A stretch of DNA of 64,000 nt from a virus. Lineage: Duplodnaviria > Caudoviricetes. The position numbers and the translations under genes are program-made. Below the pieces are notes generated by a model that saw only the letters and a program-made list of their open reading frames with translations, was not told the origin of the DNA and did no database searches. The DNA is taken from IMG/VR virus record IMGVR_UViG_3300029288_006559, positions 1 to 64,000 of that record. The stretch is one strand, 5' to 3'. Below, piece by piece: positions 1-9,449 of the stretch. Every line of letters starts with the position of its first letter. Within the stretch, counting starts at the first letter, position 1.

Positions 1-6
1 GATGAG

Positions 7-270
7 GTGCCTTTTTATGAGTTTGTTCTTTTAAGCTGTCTAACAGCAAGGAAATTTGATGCCTTTCCCAAAGCTATATTGCAGATACCTAAAGGAGAAG
101 ATAGGTATATCTATAAATTTATATTTGAAATCCCTTTAAGTGAAGAATTAACTAGGAAACACGGGGTAAAATCAGTACTTATTCAGGACCTTGGTTGTAG
201 AGGTTTAAGTTGGATTGTTAGTTGTACAATCAACGATCCGGAGATCTTTGAATTTATTAATAATTTATGA
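7..270 (+). CDS. hypothetical protein (possibly 5'-truncated)
   Basis: ORF at the window edge, no motif. Confidence 0.4.
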   Translation: MPFYEFVLLSCLTARKFDAFPKAILQIPKGEDRYIYKFIFEIPLSEELTRKHGVKSVLIQDLGCRGLSWIVSCTINDPEIFEFINNL

Positions 271-293
271 AAGGTAAGGTAATTATTAGTTAG

Positions 294-306
294 CGTGTAT
301 TATATT
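294..306 (+). promoter_or_regulatory. CGTGTAT+AT-rich putative phage promoter motif
   Basis: Intergenic copy of a motif seen at least 11 times on the + strand. Confidence 0.55.
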
Positions 307-427
307 TAATAGAAAGATAAATGCATACATCAATGTACATATTACAACCCACCTATTTTGTTTTATACCTTCTCTATCTATATTCGAAATTGATCAATTA
401 CATTACAATTTTTAAAGGGAAAAAAAC

Positions 428-787
428 ATGAAAACTATCGTTGTTTTTATCGGTTTGTTTATAGTTATTTTTTTATTAGTTGTTTTAGTTTCCTATACAA
501 TCGGAATTGGAGGCTTTGGTCTGACAAATGTTTTAGACGTTACAGTATCTAGAACTTATGTTGATGTTGGAGGAACTAAAGACGATCCTGAATCTTATTA
601 CGTTGTGGTAACTGACAAAGGATCTTTTGAAGTAGATAATGGTATTCTATTAGGTATTTGGAATGCAGATGATTTATTTGGTCAAATAAAAGAAGGACAT
701 AAATACAGAATTACGACTAAAGGGAAAAGATATCAAAATTGGTTTATGCAAGAATTACCTTATATAATTAAAGCAGATCCAATTTAA
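428..787 (+). CDS. membrane-anchored phage protein
   Basis: N-terminal TM helix followed by a beta-rich domain; RBS-like AAGGGA upstream. Confidence 0.7.
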   Translation: MKTIVVFIGLFIVIFLLVVLVSYTIGIGGFGLTNVLDVTVSRTYVDVGGTKDDPESYYVVVTDKGSFEVDNGILLGIWNADDLFGQIKEGHKYRITTKGKRYQNWFMQELPYIIKADPI

Positions 788-800
788 TTAGAAGAGTCAC

Positions 801-1412
801 ATGTTTGAAGCTTTCGCTAAATCCTATAAAGCAGAAGTAAAGGCTAATTTAGAGCTTATGGAGAAATATAAGCAAAAGGTTTTTTCTCCCGAAGAATTGG
901 AAAAATCTAAAAAAGATAAAATCTCTAAGCTTTTACGTTCTTTTTACATAGCTAATCTCGGGTTTGATCCTGAAGAGGAAAAATCCACTTCGGAGGCTTT
1001 AATTAAAATTGAATATAAAACTCCTAAATTCAAAGCTGATGATTTAAGAACTTTGTGGTATCATGCTGTAGATGCAAAGCAATGGGATAGTAAAGGAGTG
1101 TCTGGAAGAAATAAATCTAAGTTTACTCTATATAATCCGAAAGGAAAGCCATTTAGGGTTAAAGCTCGAATTGGTGCTTACGTTAAAGCAACTCCTGTGG
1201 GTATCTTTGTCTTGGCTTACGATGTAATTATTAATAACAGAGTTTATTTAAGAGAGTGTTTTATTAATATAAAACATGTTCGTTGGTTGGTGCATCCTTT
1301 TACGGCTTTAAATAAGATGAAGCCGGGGGATTGTAAATTAATCGAGGATGTAATTGGTTTGTCCGGTGAAAAAGCGGTACCTAGCATACGCTGCCAGAAA
1401 GCTATGCAATAG
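801..1412 (+). CDS. hypothetical protein
   Basis: 203-aa ORF in a co-oriented gene run. Confidence 0.65.
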   Translation: MFEAFAKSYKAEVKANLELMEKYKQKVFSPEELEKSKKDKISKLLRSFYIANLGFDPEEEKSTSEALIKIEYKTPKFKADDLRTLWYHAVDAKQWDSKGVSGRNKSKFTLYNPKGKPFRVKARIGAYVKATPVGIFVLAYDVIINNRVYLRECFINIKHVRWLVHPFTALNKMKPGDCKLIEDVIGLSGEKAVPSIRCQKAMQ

Positions 1413-1454
1413 ACAAAAGTATCTGGCCACCGGATTTTTATAAGGAGAGAAACA

Positions 1455-1580
1455 ATGCCTTGGTATATATGGGTTGCAATAGGGTGGATTGTTGTTATGG
1501 TTATTACTTTACTTCTTTTAGCTGGTGGTAGTTCTAGATATACAAAGAAGCAAAAGAGATACGAGGATAATCTATATTGA
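1455..1580 (+). CDS. small membrane protein (41 aa, not in ORF track)
   Basis: AAGGAG RBS; MPWYIWVAIGWIVVMVITLLLLAGG... single TM with basic tail. Confidence 0.65.
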   Translation: MPWYIWVAIGWIVVMVITLLLLAGGSSRYTKKQKRYEDNLY

Positions 1581-1696
1581 ATTTTTATATTGCATTTGCG
1601 CAAATTTATGCGTGCATTTGTAAAATTTACTGAGGAGATAGGATTTTGTAGTGTATTATAATGCATAATAGTTAAATAAGAAAAAGGAGACTAAAT

Positions 1697-1915
1697 ATGA
1701 AACATAAAGTAAAGATTGCATTGGCTATTGATAAAGAGGGTAATTGGAGTTGTGCGGGATGGGGAAATATAAACAACGGACCTCCGGACAATTCTGAAGA
1801 AGCAATGGATATTGCAGTAGATAGTTTACGTAGCGGAGAAAGAAGATATTTTGTAGAAGCTGAAATTGAATTACCTGTAGAGGAGGTAATTCAAGGTAAG
1901 GTTATAGATGCATAA
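1697..1915 (+). CDS. hypothetical protein
   Basis: AAGGAG RBS, 72 aa. Confidence 0.65.
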   Translation: MKHKVKIALAIDKEGNWSCAGWGNINNGPPDNSEEAMDIAVDSLRSGERRYFVEAEIELPVEEVIQGKVIDA

Positions 1916-2055
1916 AAAAATAAATAATATATACCCCAATTTTAGTTTTAACGTGTATAGTACAAACACTAGTGTTCGCCAAACCCCCTACAGTAATATA
2001 GAGATATTTTATCTTCGATTTCGATTTCGGTGCACGTCTATGAGGAATAGATAAG

Positions 2056-2250
2056 ATGAGACACCTACCTGAAGTTAATAATAGAATGATTCAAGATGCT
2101 GATGGTATAGAAAAGACTTTATTGTATCTCATTCGTAATATACAAGAAGAGCAGAATGCGGTTGCTTTTCTAAGCAAGGAACTTGGAAAACGTAATCAAC
2201 ACATACGACACCTTGAAGGAAAATTGCATGAAGCAAAAGGGAGGAGATAG
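2056..2250 (+). CDS. hypothetical coiled-coil protein
   Basis: ORF abutting the next gene. Confidence 0.55.
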   Translation: MRHLPEVNNRMIQDADGIEKTLLYLIRNIQEEQNAVAFLSKELGKRNQHIRHLEGKLHEAKGRR

Positions 2251-2472
2251 ATGACCAAGAAAGAGCTGGAGAAACTTAAGGTTATTCGATTTGTTTATCA
2301 AGTTGTCTATGATGAGTATAAGAGTGTGCTCAGAAGTAGAGCAAACTATGAAATGAAAAATACAAGAATAGCTTTCTATGAAGATAAGCTTAAAAGGTTT
2401 CAAAAGATAATAACAGATGATCTGAAAATGGACTTTATATTTACAAAACTAAAGAGTGAGGAGCGTAATTAA
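2251..2472 (+). CDS. hypothetical protein
   Basis: GGAGGAG RBS, coupled to neighbours. Confidence 0.6.
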   Translation: MTKKELEKLKVIRFVYQVVYDEYKSVLRSRANYEMKNTRIAFYEDKLKRFQKIITDDLKMDFIFTKLKSEERN

Positions 2473-2886
2473 ATGGATAATAATTTAATTGAACGATTTA
2501 AATCTGCCTGCAAATTAATGGCAGAGAAGATGCCGGAGAAGTTTAGATTTGTAATTGGTGCAGATGTATGGCAATTACAAGCAAAATTGAATGCCAATAC
2601 AGATATAATATATTTTAACGGACAAGATGCAGAATGTACCCAAGATAACATTGACACTCTTGCTTCCTTTTTACCAGAACCGAGAAGATTTTTGTTATGT
2701 GATTTGATTTGGGATTTGGATGTAGAGCACAATGTTTTTATCGGCAATATGATTGGATTCTATACAAAGACATTTTCTATGAATTGGAAATTTAAGTATT
2801 GCGAAAGTATGATAATGCAGAAAGAACCTTTAGAAGCAAAAATAGAAATATTTTGTATGGAGGCAGAAAGGCAGTTGGGAAAATGA
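2473..2886 (+). CDS. hypothetical protein
   Basis: GAGGAG RBS, coupled ORF. Confidence 0.6.
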   Translation: MDNNLIERFKSACKLMAEKMPEKFRFVIGADVWQLQAKLNANTDIIYFNGQDAECTQDNIDTLASFLPEPRRFLLCDLIWDLDVEHNVFIGNMIGFYTKTFSMNWKFKYCESMIMQKEPLEAKIEIFCMEAERQLGK

Positions 2887-3284
2887 AACCTTGTGATTGT
2901 AAGAGTGAAGATGACTGTAAGAAGCTAAGGGAATATGATAGTGCTGTTAAGAGAGCAAAAGAACTCGCTAAATTATTGAAAGAAGCCGTCGGTGGGAATT
3001 GGAAATGCAGCGTTTGGGAAAATCTAGGATGGCATTTTTCCTTACAATGTGGAACATTATTTCTATCTGAGCAAACTTATGGTTTTGAGAATAAGCACTC
3101 TTATTTAGTTCTTACCTCTTTGAATAAAGAAGATGTGGGCACAGGTCATCCTGAAGTTGGAGTTGTCACAGCTTACAATCCAATAACAGCTGTAAAGAAG
3201 GCGAGAAAGAATCTTGAAAATTACTTTAATAAAATTAATGAAATTATTTTATATAACAATAAGGAATTTAATAAAAATAATTAA
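2883..3284 (+). CDS. hypothetical protein
   Basis: ATGA overlap with the upstream stop favours a start at 2883 (MKPCDC...). Confidence 0.6.
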   Translation: MKPCDCKSEDDCKKLREYDSAVKRAKELAKLLKEAVGGNWKCSVWENLGWHFSLQCGTLFLSEQTYGFENKHSYLVLTSLNKEDVGTGHPEVGVVTAYNPITAVKKARKNLENYFNKINEIILYNNKEFNKNN

Positions 3285-3294
3285 GGAAAATAAA

Positions 3295-3669
3295 ATGAAT
3301 CTCAATAACTATGTAACTCTCGAACAAGCTAAGAAGATGAAAGAACTTGGATTTGAGCAGGACAAGACGGATTGTGTGTGGATAAGTTTCTATAATTCAC
3401 AACCAGACTTTGAAGGCTGGAATAATCTTCATTTAGAAACAAGAGAACGTCTTGAAGAAATTATAAGAATAACCGATAAAGTCGAATGGTATGCTGCTCC
3501 TAATGCTCAAGAGATTGAGTTGGAATATAATATGCCTACAAATTTATATGAAGATGGTAGATTAACAAGCACTGTTAATATTAGGGGAAATGAAGTATTC
3601 AGGGGGCAAGTTGTAGAAGCCCAGGCACGCGCAGATGCTTGGATTTGGGAAAGGGAAAAACAACTTTAA
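3295..3669 (+). CDS. hypothetical phage protein
   Basis: AAGGA RBS before MNLNNYVTLEQAKKMKELGF. Confidence 0.6.
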   Translation: MNLNNYVTLEQAKKMKELGFEQDKTDCVWISFYNSQPDFEGWNNLHLETRERLEEIIRITDKVEWYAAPNAQEIELEYNMPTNLYEDGRLTSTVNIRGNEVFRGQVVEAQARADAWIWEREKQL

Positions 3670-3705
3670 AGAATTTAATGAAAAATAAAAAGAAAGGATA
3701 AGATT

Positions 3706-4023
3706 ATGAGTTCTGTTCAAAAACCAGATGGATATATCTATTTTATACTAGGTGCTATTATACTTGCTGTTACTATTTTTGGTGCTGTTTACCAGGTAGA
3801 GCAGCAAAATTGCTTGCTTAAAATAGATTCTCTTACTGTAAGAACAGATACATTTGCCTTGCAACTAGAACAGCAAAATAAACGTATCGACACCGTGTAT
3901 ATTATTCTTAATAGTGAGGTTTTGAGAGAATTGAAGAACAATTCTAACACAATGGATAGTTTAGGTAATTCTATTCAAAGATTAAATATAAGGACAATTC
4001 CGCTGGTTAATTACCAGCCCTAA
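3706..4023 (+). CDS. membrane protein with coiled coil
   Basis: N-terminal TM segment. Confidence 0.55.
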   Translation: MSSVQKPDGYIYFILGAIILAVTIFGAVYQVEQQNCLLKIDSLTVRTDTFALQLEQQNKRIDTVYIILNSEVLRELKNNSNTMDSLGNSIQRLNIRTIPLVNYQP

Positions 4024-4045
4024 CAAATTTCTAGGAGAGTAAATT

Positions 4046-5203
4046 ATGTCTCACTTTACGGTAATGGTTATTGGAGATAATCCTGAAGAACAACTTCTTC
4101 CTTTTTGCGAAAATATTGAGAATCTTCCAAAAAGATATTTAAAATTTGAAGATGTTGAAGCTGAAGAATTAAAGAAATATGAAACGGGCAGTACTTTAGA
4201 GTTTTATGATGAATCAAACAGTAGCTGGGGAATGGAGGTTTCTTCTTTAGGTTGGGATGAACTCGAAAAAGCTTCTGAAGGAGATGAGTTTGAATTTAAT
4301 ATAGAAAAAACATATGCTGGGCAGTATTTTAGACGGGGTTCTAACTATAAATGTTATAAAACAGGAGGAAATCAATATCCTGATAAAGTCGTTTGGTTAA
4401 ACGTTTTAAAAGTTCTTCAAACAGATCATCCTGATAAAGATGTTTATTTTACAGGAACTATTTTAGTGAAAATAATTGCTCCTCCAAAAGAGGTTCCTTT
4501 TAAGCAAAAATATCCTACATTTGAAATTTATATGAAGGACTATTGCGGATATGAAAGTAGGGATAAGAAAAAAGGTAAATATGGTTATTGGCATAATCCT
4601 AATGCAAAATGGGATTGGTATCAATTAGGGGGTCGTTGGGTAGGATTCTTAAAAGCAAAAAAAGATGCTAAAACAAAAATTGTAGGTAGTAAGTCTCTAT
4701 TGATGAAAGAAGGAGCTAAGGAAGGTTATTTTGATAAATTGTTGTTGAAAGACATTGATATTGAAGGTATAAAAAAAGATGCTCAAGAAAAGGGCGCAAA
4801 AGCTTTTGACAAAGTTGTTGAGGTTGTAAAAGGTAGGTCTTTACCTACCTGGAAAGAGATAAGAGAAAAATATCCTGATGATATCGATAAAGCCAGAGAA
4901 GAATATAACTCCAACCCTGTTATTATAGATTTGAAAAAGGCTGATCTCTTACCTTTCTTTGGTGACCCCGTTGAACTATATAAAGGGTTTGATAGAGAAA
5001 AGTATTTGACTTCTGTAGCAAACAGTGTCCTTTCTACACACGCTATTTTAAAAGATGGTAAGTGGTACGAAAGAGGCGAAATGGGATGGTTCGGTTGTGT
5101 TTCCGATGAAAAAGACAAGGATATTTGGGATAAGGAAGTAATTAAACTCCTTGAGGGGTTACCTAAAAATACTTTAATATCTATTTATGACTGTCATATA
5201 TAA
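4046..5203 (+). CDS. conserved phage protein of unknown function
   Basis: MSHFTVMVIG...NPNAKWDWYQLGGRW...GEMGWFG...DCHI pattern, which I recognise from a recurrent phage family. Confidence 0.75.
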   Translation: MSHFTVMVIGDNPEEQLLPFCENIENLPKRYLKFEDVEAEELKKYETGSTLEFYDESNSSWGMEVSSLGWDELEKASEGDEFEFNIEKTYAGQYFRRGSNYKCYKTGGNQYPDKVVWLNVLKVLQTDHPDKDVYFTGTILVKIIAPPKEVPFKQKYPTFEIYMKDYCGYESRDKKKGKYGYWHNPNAKWDWYQLGGRWVGFLKAKKDAKTKIVGSKSLLMKEGAKEGYFDKLLLKDIDIEGIKKDAQEKGAKAFDKVVEVVKGRSLPTWKEIREKYPDDIDKAREEYNSNPVIIDLKKADLLPFFGDPVELYKGFDREKYLTSVANSVLSTHAILKDGKWYERGEMGWFGCVSDEKDKDIWDKEVIKLLEGLPKNTLISIYDCHI

Positions 5204-5218
5204 GAAAGGTTATAATAT

Positions 5219-5446
5219 ATGCCCGCTAAAGCAATACCGATTATTAAAATTAAAAAAGATCTTACCATTGTAATACCTATGCTTCCCAATTACATCAGGG
5301 TAGTAAGTGCAGGTAGTGCAAGTGAGAGCATAATTCCTATTCCTGTACAAGAGTTTCAGGATGCAGAACTTCAGAAATTAGGAAAAGCCTGGACTAACGC
5401 TTTAATAGAAAGTGCCCAAAAAAAGAGATTGCAAAAACATGGGTAA
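5219..5446 (+). CDS. hypothetical protein
   Basis: ORF with RBS. Confidence 0.55.
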   Translation: MPAKAIPIIKIKKDLTIVIPMLPNYIRVVSAGSASESIIPIPVQEFQDAELQKLGKAWTNALIESAQKKRLQKHG

Positions 5447-5663
5447 ACAGAAGACAGAAAGGCGCATACAGTTAGATTCTTATGTGTCGGTAGAAAAAGT
5501 TGTGTTAATACATACGGCTTCTTTTAAATGGAACATTACTCCTCAAACTTACAAAGAGGACAAGAAGGATATTATTTTAAAAATGGCAAAAGAACAAGCT
5601 ATGAAGCGTACTGTTATTCTTCGTGAAAACGGAAAACAATTATTTGGTAAAGGTATAATTTAA
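5439..5663 (+). CDS. hypothetical protein
   Basis: Coupled ORF, likely start MGKQ. Confidence 0.5.
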   Translation: MGKQKTERRIQLDSYVSVEKVVLIHTASFKWNITPQTYKEDKKDIILKMAKEQAMKRTVILRENGKQLFGKGII

Positions 5664-5720
5664 TTTAGTATTTATGATAATTATAGTAGTAGGTATATCT
5701 GTATAAAAAGGAGCGAAAAA

Positions 5721-6332
5721 ATGAAAACTACATTAATAACTTTTGGATTGATTATTTTATTATTAATAGGGGCTGCAGGATGCGCCGGATGTTATAGTGT
5801 TTCTATTTATAATAATATGGTAACAAAATCAGAGGGAGTAACTCAATCCTGGGCACAGGTTGAAAACCAATATCAGCGGAGAATAGATTTAATACCTAAC
5901 TTGGTAGAGGTTGTAAAAGGTTATGCTACACATGAAAAAACTGTATTTATAGAAGTTACTCAAGCTAGAGCATCTGTAGGTCAGATGAAAATGAATATTA
6001 CCAAAGAGGTTTTAGATGATCCACAGGCTTTTAAGAAGTATCAGGTGGCCCAAGATGGATTGGCTGGAGCACTTAGCAAACTCATGGTGATCCAGGAACA
6101 GTATCCTAATTTAAAAGCTAATGAGAATTTTATGGCATTGCAGTCTCAACTAGAGGGGACTGAAAACAGAATCACAGTGGCCAGAAACTCCTATAATATT
6201 ACAACACAGGACTATAATCAATACATAAAAGTGTTCCCTCATAACTTTATTGCAGGATTTGGTAACTTCAAAGAGAAAGTATACTTTGCTGCAGAAGAGG
6301 GCGCAGAAAAGGCTCCGAAAATTAAATTCTAA
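5721..6332 (+). CDS. lemA: LemA family membrane protein
   Basis: N-terminal TM; QYQRRIDLIPNLV, YPNLKANENF, LEGTENRI motifs. Confidence 0.95.
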   Translation: MKTTLITFGLIILLLIGAAGCAGCYSVSIYNNMVTKSEGVTQSWAQVENQYQRRIDLIPNLVEVVKGYATHEKTVFIEVTQARASVGQMKMNITKEVLDDPQAFKKYQVAQDGLAGALSKLMVIQEQYPNLKANENFMALQSQLEGTENRITVARNSYNITTQDYNQYIKVFPHNFIAGFGNFKEKVYFAAEEGAEKAPKIKF

Positions 6333-6347
6333 GGTGATAAGAACAAA

Positions 6348-6662
6348 ATGAGAGAAAAGAAAAATTGTTATTGTTGCGTATTTGCAAGATTTGAGTATTA
6401 TATGTCAGATATTGACTGGGATATAACAGGATGCAAAAAATGGGGCTTGTATGATGATGATGCGAGATTTGAGGGAAAGTGCGGGCTAGAAGGAAAAGAT
6501 TATAAAAAGAAAACAAAAATAGATTGGCTGATATATGATATAAAAAGATGGATATGGATTATATGGGATAATCTGCATTACAATCGAAAACATTGGAAAC
6601 CTGTACGTAACAGCAAAAAGCAATTAGAGCAGAGAACTATATCAAGAAAAACATCAAATTAA
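6348..6662 (+). CDS. hypothetical Cys/Trp-rich protein
   Basis: 104-aa ORF. Confidence 0.55.
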   Translation: MREKKNCYCCVFARFEYYMSDIDWDITGCKKWGLYDDDARFEGKCGLEGKDYKKKTKIDWLIYDIKRWIWIIWDNLHYNRKHWKPVRNSKKQLEQRTISRKTSN

Positions 6663-6671
6663 GGAGGTTTT

Positions 6672-6908
6672 ATGGAACTGTATATTACTATTTATTTTAT
6701 TATAGGGTTGATAGTGGGGGTTATCTATTATGATTTACATAGGCTTAATACAAATTTTGAAGAGTCAAGTTTAAGATTTATATCTTTTTTGATTTTTATT
6801 TTTTGGCCTATATTCCTACTTTATAACGTATTTGTATTTCTCATAATCTTTCTTGGGGAGCTTTTAAAGGATTTAATAGAAGCCTATAATAAACGTAGAT
6901 CTGCTTAA
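6672..6908 (+). CDS. small two-TM membrane protein
   Basis: AAGGAGG RBS; two hydrophobic segments. Confidence 0.65.
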   Translation: MELYITIYFIIGLIVGVIYYDLHRLNTNFEESSLRFISFLIFIFWPIFLLYNVFVFLIIFLGELLKDLIEAYNKRRSA

Positions 6909-6918
6909 GGAGACTTAA

Positions 6919-7116
6919 ATGAAAAACTTTTTTATGAGGCTATACTATTGGGCTTGGTATAAAATACATGGCAGACCACTTTATGAGTTTACCTGCGCCT
7001 GTGGTTACTCTGAAATATTTGATCAAAAAGACGTTGACTCTGTAAAAATTATTCATCCAAGATTAAGACATACAAAGCATTTAGAAACAAGGCATCATGC
7101 AGTTTCAAAAATTTAA
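6919..7116 (+). CDS. hypothetical protein
   Basis: AAGGAG RBS. Confidence 0.55.
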   Translation: MKNFFMRLYYWAWYKIHGRPLYEFTCACGYSEIFDQKDVDSVKIIHPRLRHTKHLETRHHAVSKI

Positions 7117-7126
7117 GGAGACCTAA

Positions 7127-8710
7127 ATGAAAAAACTTATTTTGTTATTTGTTTTATTGTCTACTTCTATCTTATGGAGCAAAATTCCTGTTCCTACATT
7201 TACTAACAATGCTATTAATGATTACGCCAACCTCATTGATGCTACAACAGAAGCTCAGCTTAATAGAATGCTTCTAGCTCATAAAGACTCTACTACTGTT
7301 GAAATTGTAGTTCTTACATACACCGATATAGAAAATGAGACAATAGATGAGTTTGCAAACAGAGTCTTCAATACTTGGAGAGTAGGAAATAAGAAGACTA
7401 ATAACGGAGCAATGTTTATATTGACTCTTAAACCTAATCGGAAGTATCGTACAGAAGTTGGGGGAGGATTGGAAGGTATTTTAACAGATGCTCTTACGAA
7501 AAGATATGCTGAGAAAATATTTAAACCTAAAGCTCAGGCTGGAGATGTTAGTGGAGGCGTTTTAGATCTTATTACTGCTTATATAAAAGAAACCTCCCCT
7601 GAATATGTTGCATTGAAAAAAGAAGAAGAGAAGCTTGCAGCAATTAAACGTGCCCAAGATAGGGAAGCTTTTAATGCTACTATGATTAGTATTGGAATTG
7701 TTTTGCTTTACATATTAGGGCTTGCTATAGTAATTGGTGGGCCTATATTTATTATCTATACTTTTTTACGTAGAGCTGAACTACGCAAGGAAGCCAGAGA
7801 AAAAGCTCGCTTTAATGTTTTGGCTTATCTCGTGTCTATTGAAAAGAAGTTGGCGGCTGCAGTTAAAATAGGTATTCCCAATGCCCAAGAGGTACTAGAG
7901 CAATTACTTTTATCTTATAAAAATTTTACTAAAGAAAATCCCCCAGGCGGAAAAAATGAAATAGACGAACAGAAGCATATTGATGTAATTAATAGAGTTA
8001 CTAAAAGCGTTATAAGTCACTATGATCTCTATGAAAGAGTTTGGAATGAATCTCTCAAAACAAGCTCAAGCGATTTTAAAGAGTTGTATGAGCGTATTCA
8101 ACTAGCTAGAAAGAGGTTAGAAACACTTTCTTCAGAAAATATATTTAATAAGAAAGACTTAAGTACTGATTTTAATAAAAAGGCGTCTAATTTAGAGTCT
8201 AAACTAGAGTCTTCGAGGGGTCTTTTTAAAAACTCTACCAGTATAACTAGTTTGGAAGCATCTTATGAGGAATTCAAAGAGATAAATGACGATTACACTT
8301 GGCTACTTTTTTGGGTAGAATCTATTATTACGAAAGCCGACAAATATATTGAGGCTAAACGTTGGGTTGAGAAGAATACAAAGAGGGTAGAGAAATATGC
8401 TAATGAGAATTCCTCTCATGTAAAAGTAGCAAAGAAGTTTGAAGAAGTTCAGAAAATGCAGAAAGCCCAGGTCGTTGATTATATAGGATTAGCTACAGCT
8501 ATGGGATTTTTGCTTAATATAATACCCCAAGAACGTAGGCAGGCAGAAGAACTAGACAGAGCAAGAAGGGATAGAGAAAGACGCAGGAGAGAGGAAGAAA
8601 ATTCTAGAAGATATTCCTCTTCAAGTAGTTATGGAAGTTCATCTTCTGGCGGAGGTTTTAGTTGTGGCGGAGGTAGCTCTTTTGGTGGGGGATCTTCAGG
8701 AAATTGGTAA
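7127..8710 (+). CDS. TPM-domain (YgcG/DUF477-like) membrane protein with long coiled coil
   Basis: Signal peptide; INDYANLI, W-x-VG-x4-NNG and EVGGGLEGILTD motifs; TM; C-terminal SFGGGSSGNW tail. Confidence 0.9.
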   Translation: MKKLILLFVLLSTSILWSKIPVPTFTNNAINDYANLIDATTEAQLNRMLLAHKDSTTVEIVVLTYTDIENETIDEFANRVFNTWRVGNKKTNNGAMFILTLKPNRKYRTEVGGGLEGILTDALTKRYAEKIFKPKAQAGDVSGGVLDLITAYIKETSPEYVALKKEEEKLAAIKRAQDREAFNATMISIGIVLLYILGLAIVIGGPIFIIYTFLRRAELRKEAREKARFNVLAYLVSIEKKLAAAVKIGIPNAQEVLEQLLLSYKNFTKENPPGGKNEIDEQKHIDVINRVTKSVISHYDLYERVWNESLKTSSSDFKELYERIQLARKRLETLSSENIFNKKDLSTDFNKKASNLESKLESSRGLFKNSTSITSLEASYEEFKEINDDYTWLLFWVESIITKADKYIEAKRWVEKNTKRVEKYANENSSHVKVAKKFEEVQKMQKAQVVDYIGLATAMGFLLNIIPQERRQAEELDRARRDRERRRREEENSRRYSSSSSYGSSSSGGGFSCGGGSSFGGGSSGNW

Positions 8711-8722
8711 TTTTAAGAGAGT

Positions 8723-8971
8723 ATGAAAAAGAAGAGTAATTCTAAGTTTTTTTGTAACAAAGAATGCGAATATTTTCCTTGCCATAAAGGTGTAGATTTA
8801 GATAATTTTTCTTGCTTATTTTGTTATTGTCCCTTATATTTATACGATTGTAAAGGAAATTTTAAAATAATTAACAACAAAAAGGACTGTAGTAATTGTG
8901 TTTTACCCCATACTTCATATGATTCTATAATCAATTTCTTGAAGAAAGCGGAGTATAGCTCAGTCAGGTAG
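8723..8971 (+). CDS. cysteine-rich small domain (zf-like) protein
   Basis: FFCNKECEYFPCH...CLFCYCPLY...KDCSNCVLPH. Confidence 0.8.
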   Translation: MKKKSNSKFFCNKECEYFPCHKGVDLDNFSCLFCYCPLYLYDCKGNFKIINNKKDCSNCVLPHTSYDSIINFLKKAEYSSVR

Positions 8972-9022
8972 AGTGCTTGGCCTGGGACCAAGAAGTCGGA
9001 GGTTCGAATCCCCCTACTCCGA
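8949..9022 (+). tRNA. tRNA-Pro(TGG), C33 variant, no encoded CCA
   Basis: Acceptor CGGAGTA/TACTCCG, D stem GCTC/GAGT, anticodon stem CTTGG/CCAAG with loop CCTGGGA, T loop TTCGAAT. Confidence 0.9.
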
Positions 9023-9039
9023 CGAGTATCGAAGTTACA

Positions 9040-9052
9040 CGTGTATATTAAG
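9040..9052 (+). promoter_or_regulatory. CGTGTAT motif upstream of the glycan locus
   Basis: Intergenic CGTGTATATTAAG. Confidence 0.55.
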
Positions 9053-9082
9053 TATAAGGTTTACTTTTTTTTTAATTTTTAA

Positions 9083-9364
9083 GTGAGTGTGTTTATGCAA
9101 AAACCAAAAGTAGGTAGTGTTATTATTTTAACCACAGAAATTGATCCACCAAACGGAATAACAAAAGGGAGCCTAGGAGTTGTTCTTTCGGTGGTGGAGG
9201 ATAAAAAGTCTTGGGGAATAAAAGAGCTTACTGTTGACTTTGGTTGTAAGAACGGTAAGTTATTGAAGTATAATATTGATGATATGTCTTATATACAGCC
9301 TTACGAGATGCCAAAAAAGGCTCCTAAAGATTCTATTGGTAAAGATGTAGCAGAAAAGATATAG
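9083..9364 (+). CDS. hypothetical protein (small beta-barrel-like)
   Basis: KVGSVIIL...GSLGVV pattern. Confidence 0.55.
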   Translation: MSVFMQKPKVGSVIILTTEIDPPNGITKGSLGVVLSVVEDKKSWGIKELTVDFGCKNGKLLKYNIDDMSYIQPYEMPKKAPKDSIGKDVAEKI

Positions 9365-9449
9365 TTGTTGCTCTAAGCGGTTTTTATTCGTCTAATCATA
9401 TCTATATCCGCGGTATTATGTTACGATGTTTAACTAAACAGATAGTAAC

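Noticed and set aside
8610-8710. Gly/Ser low-complexity repeat
   Set aside because: Normal C-terminal tail of TPM/YgcG proteins.
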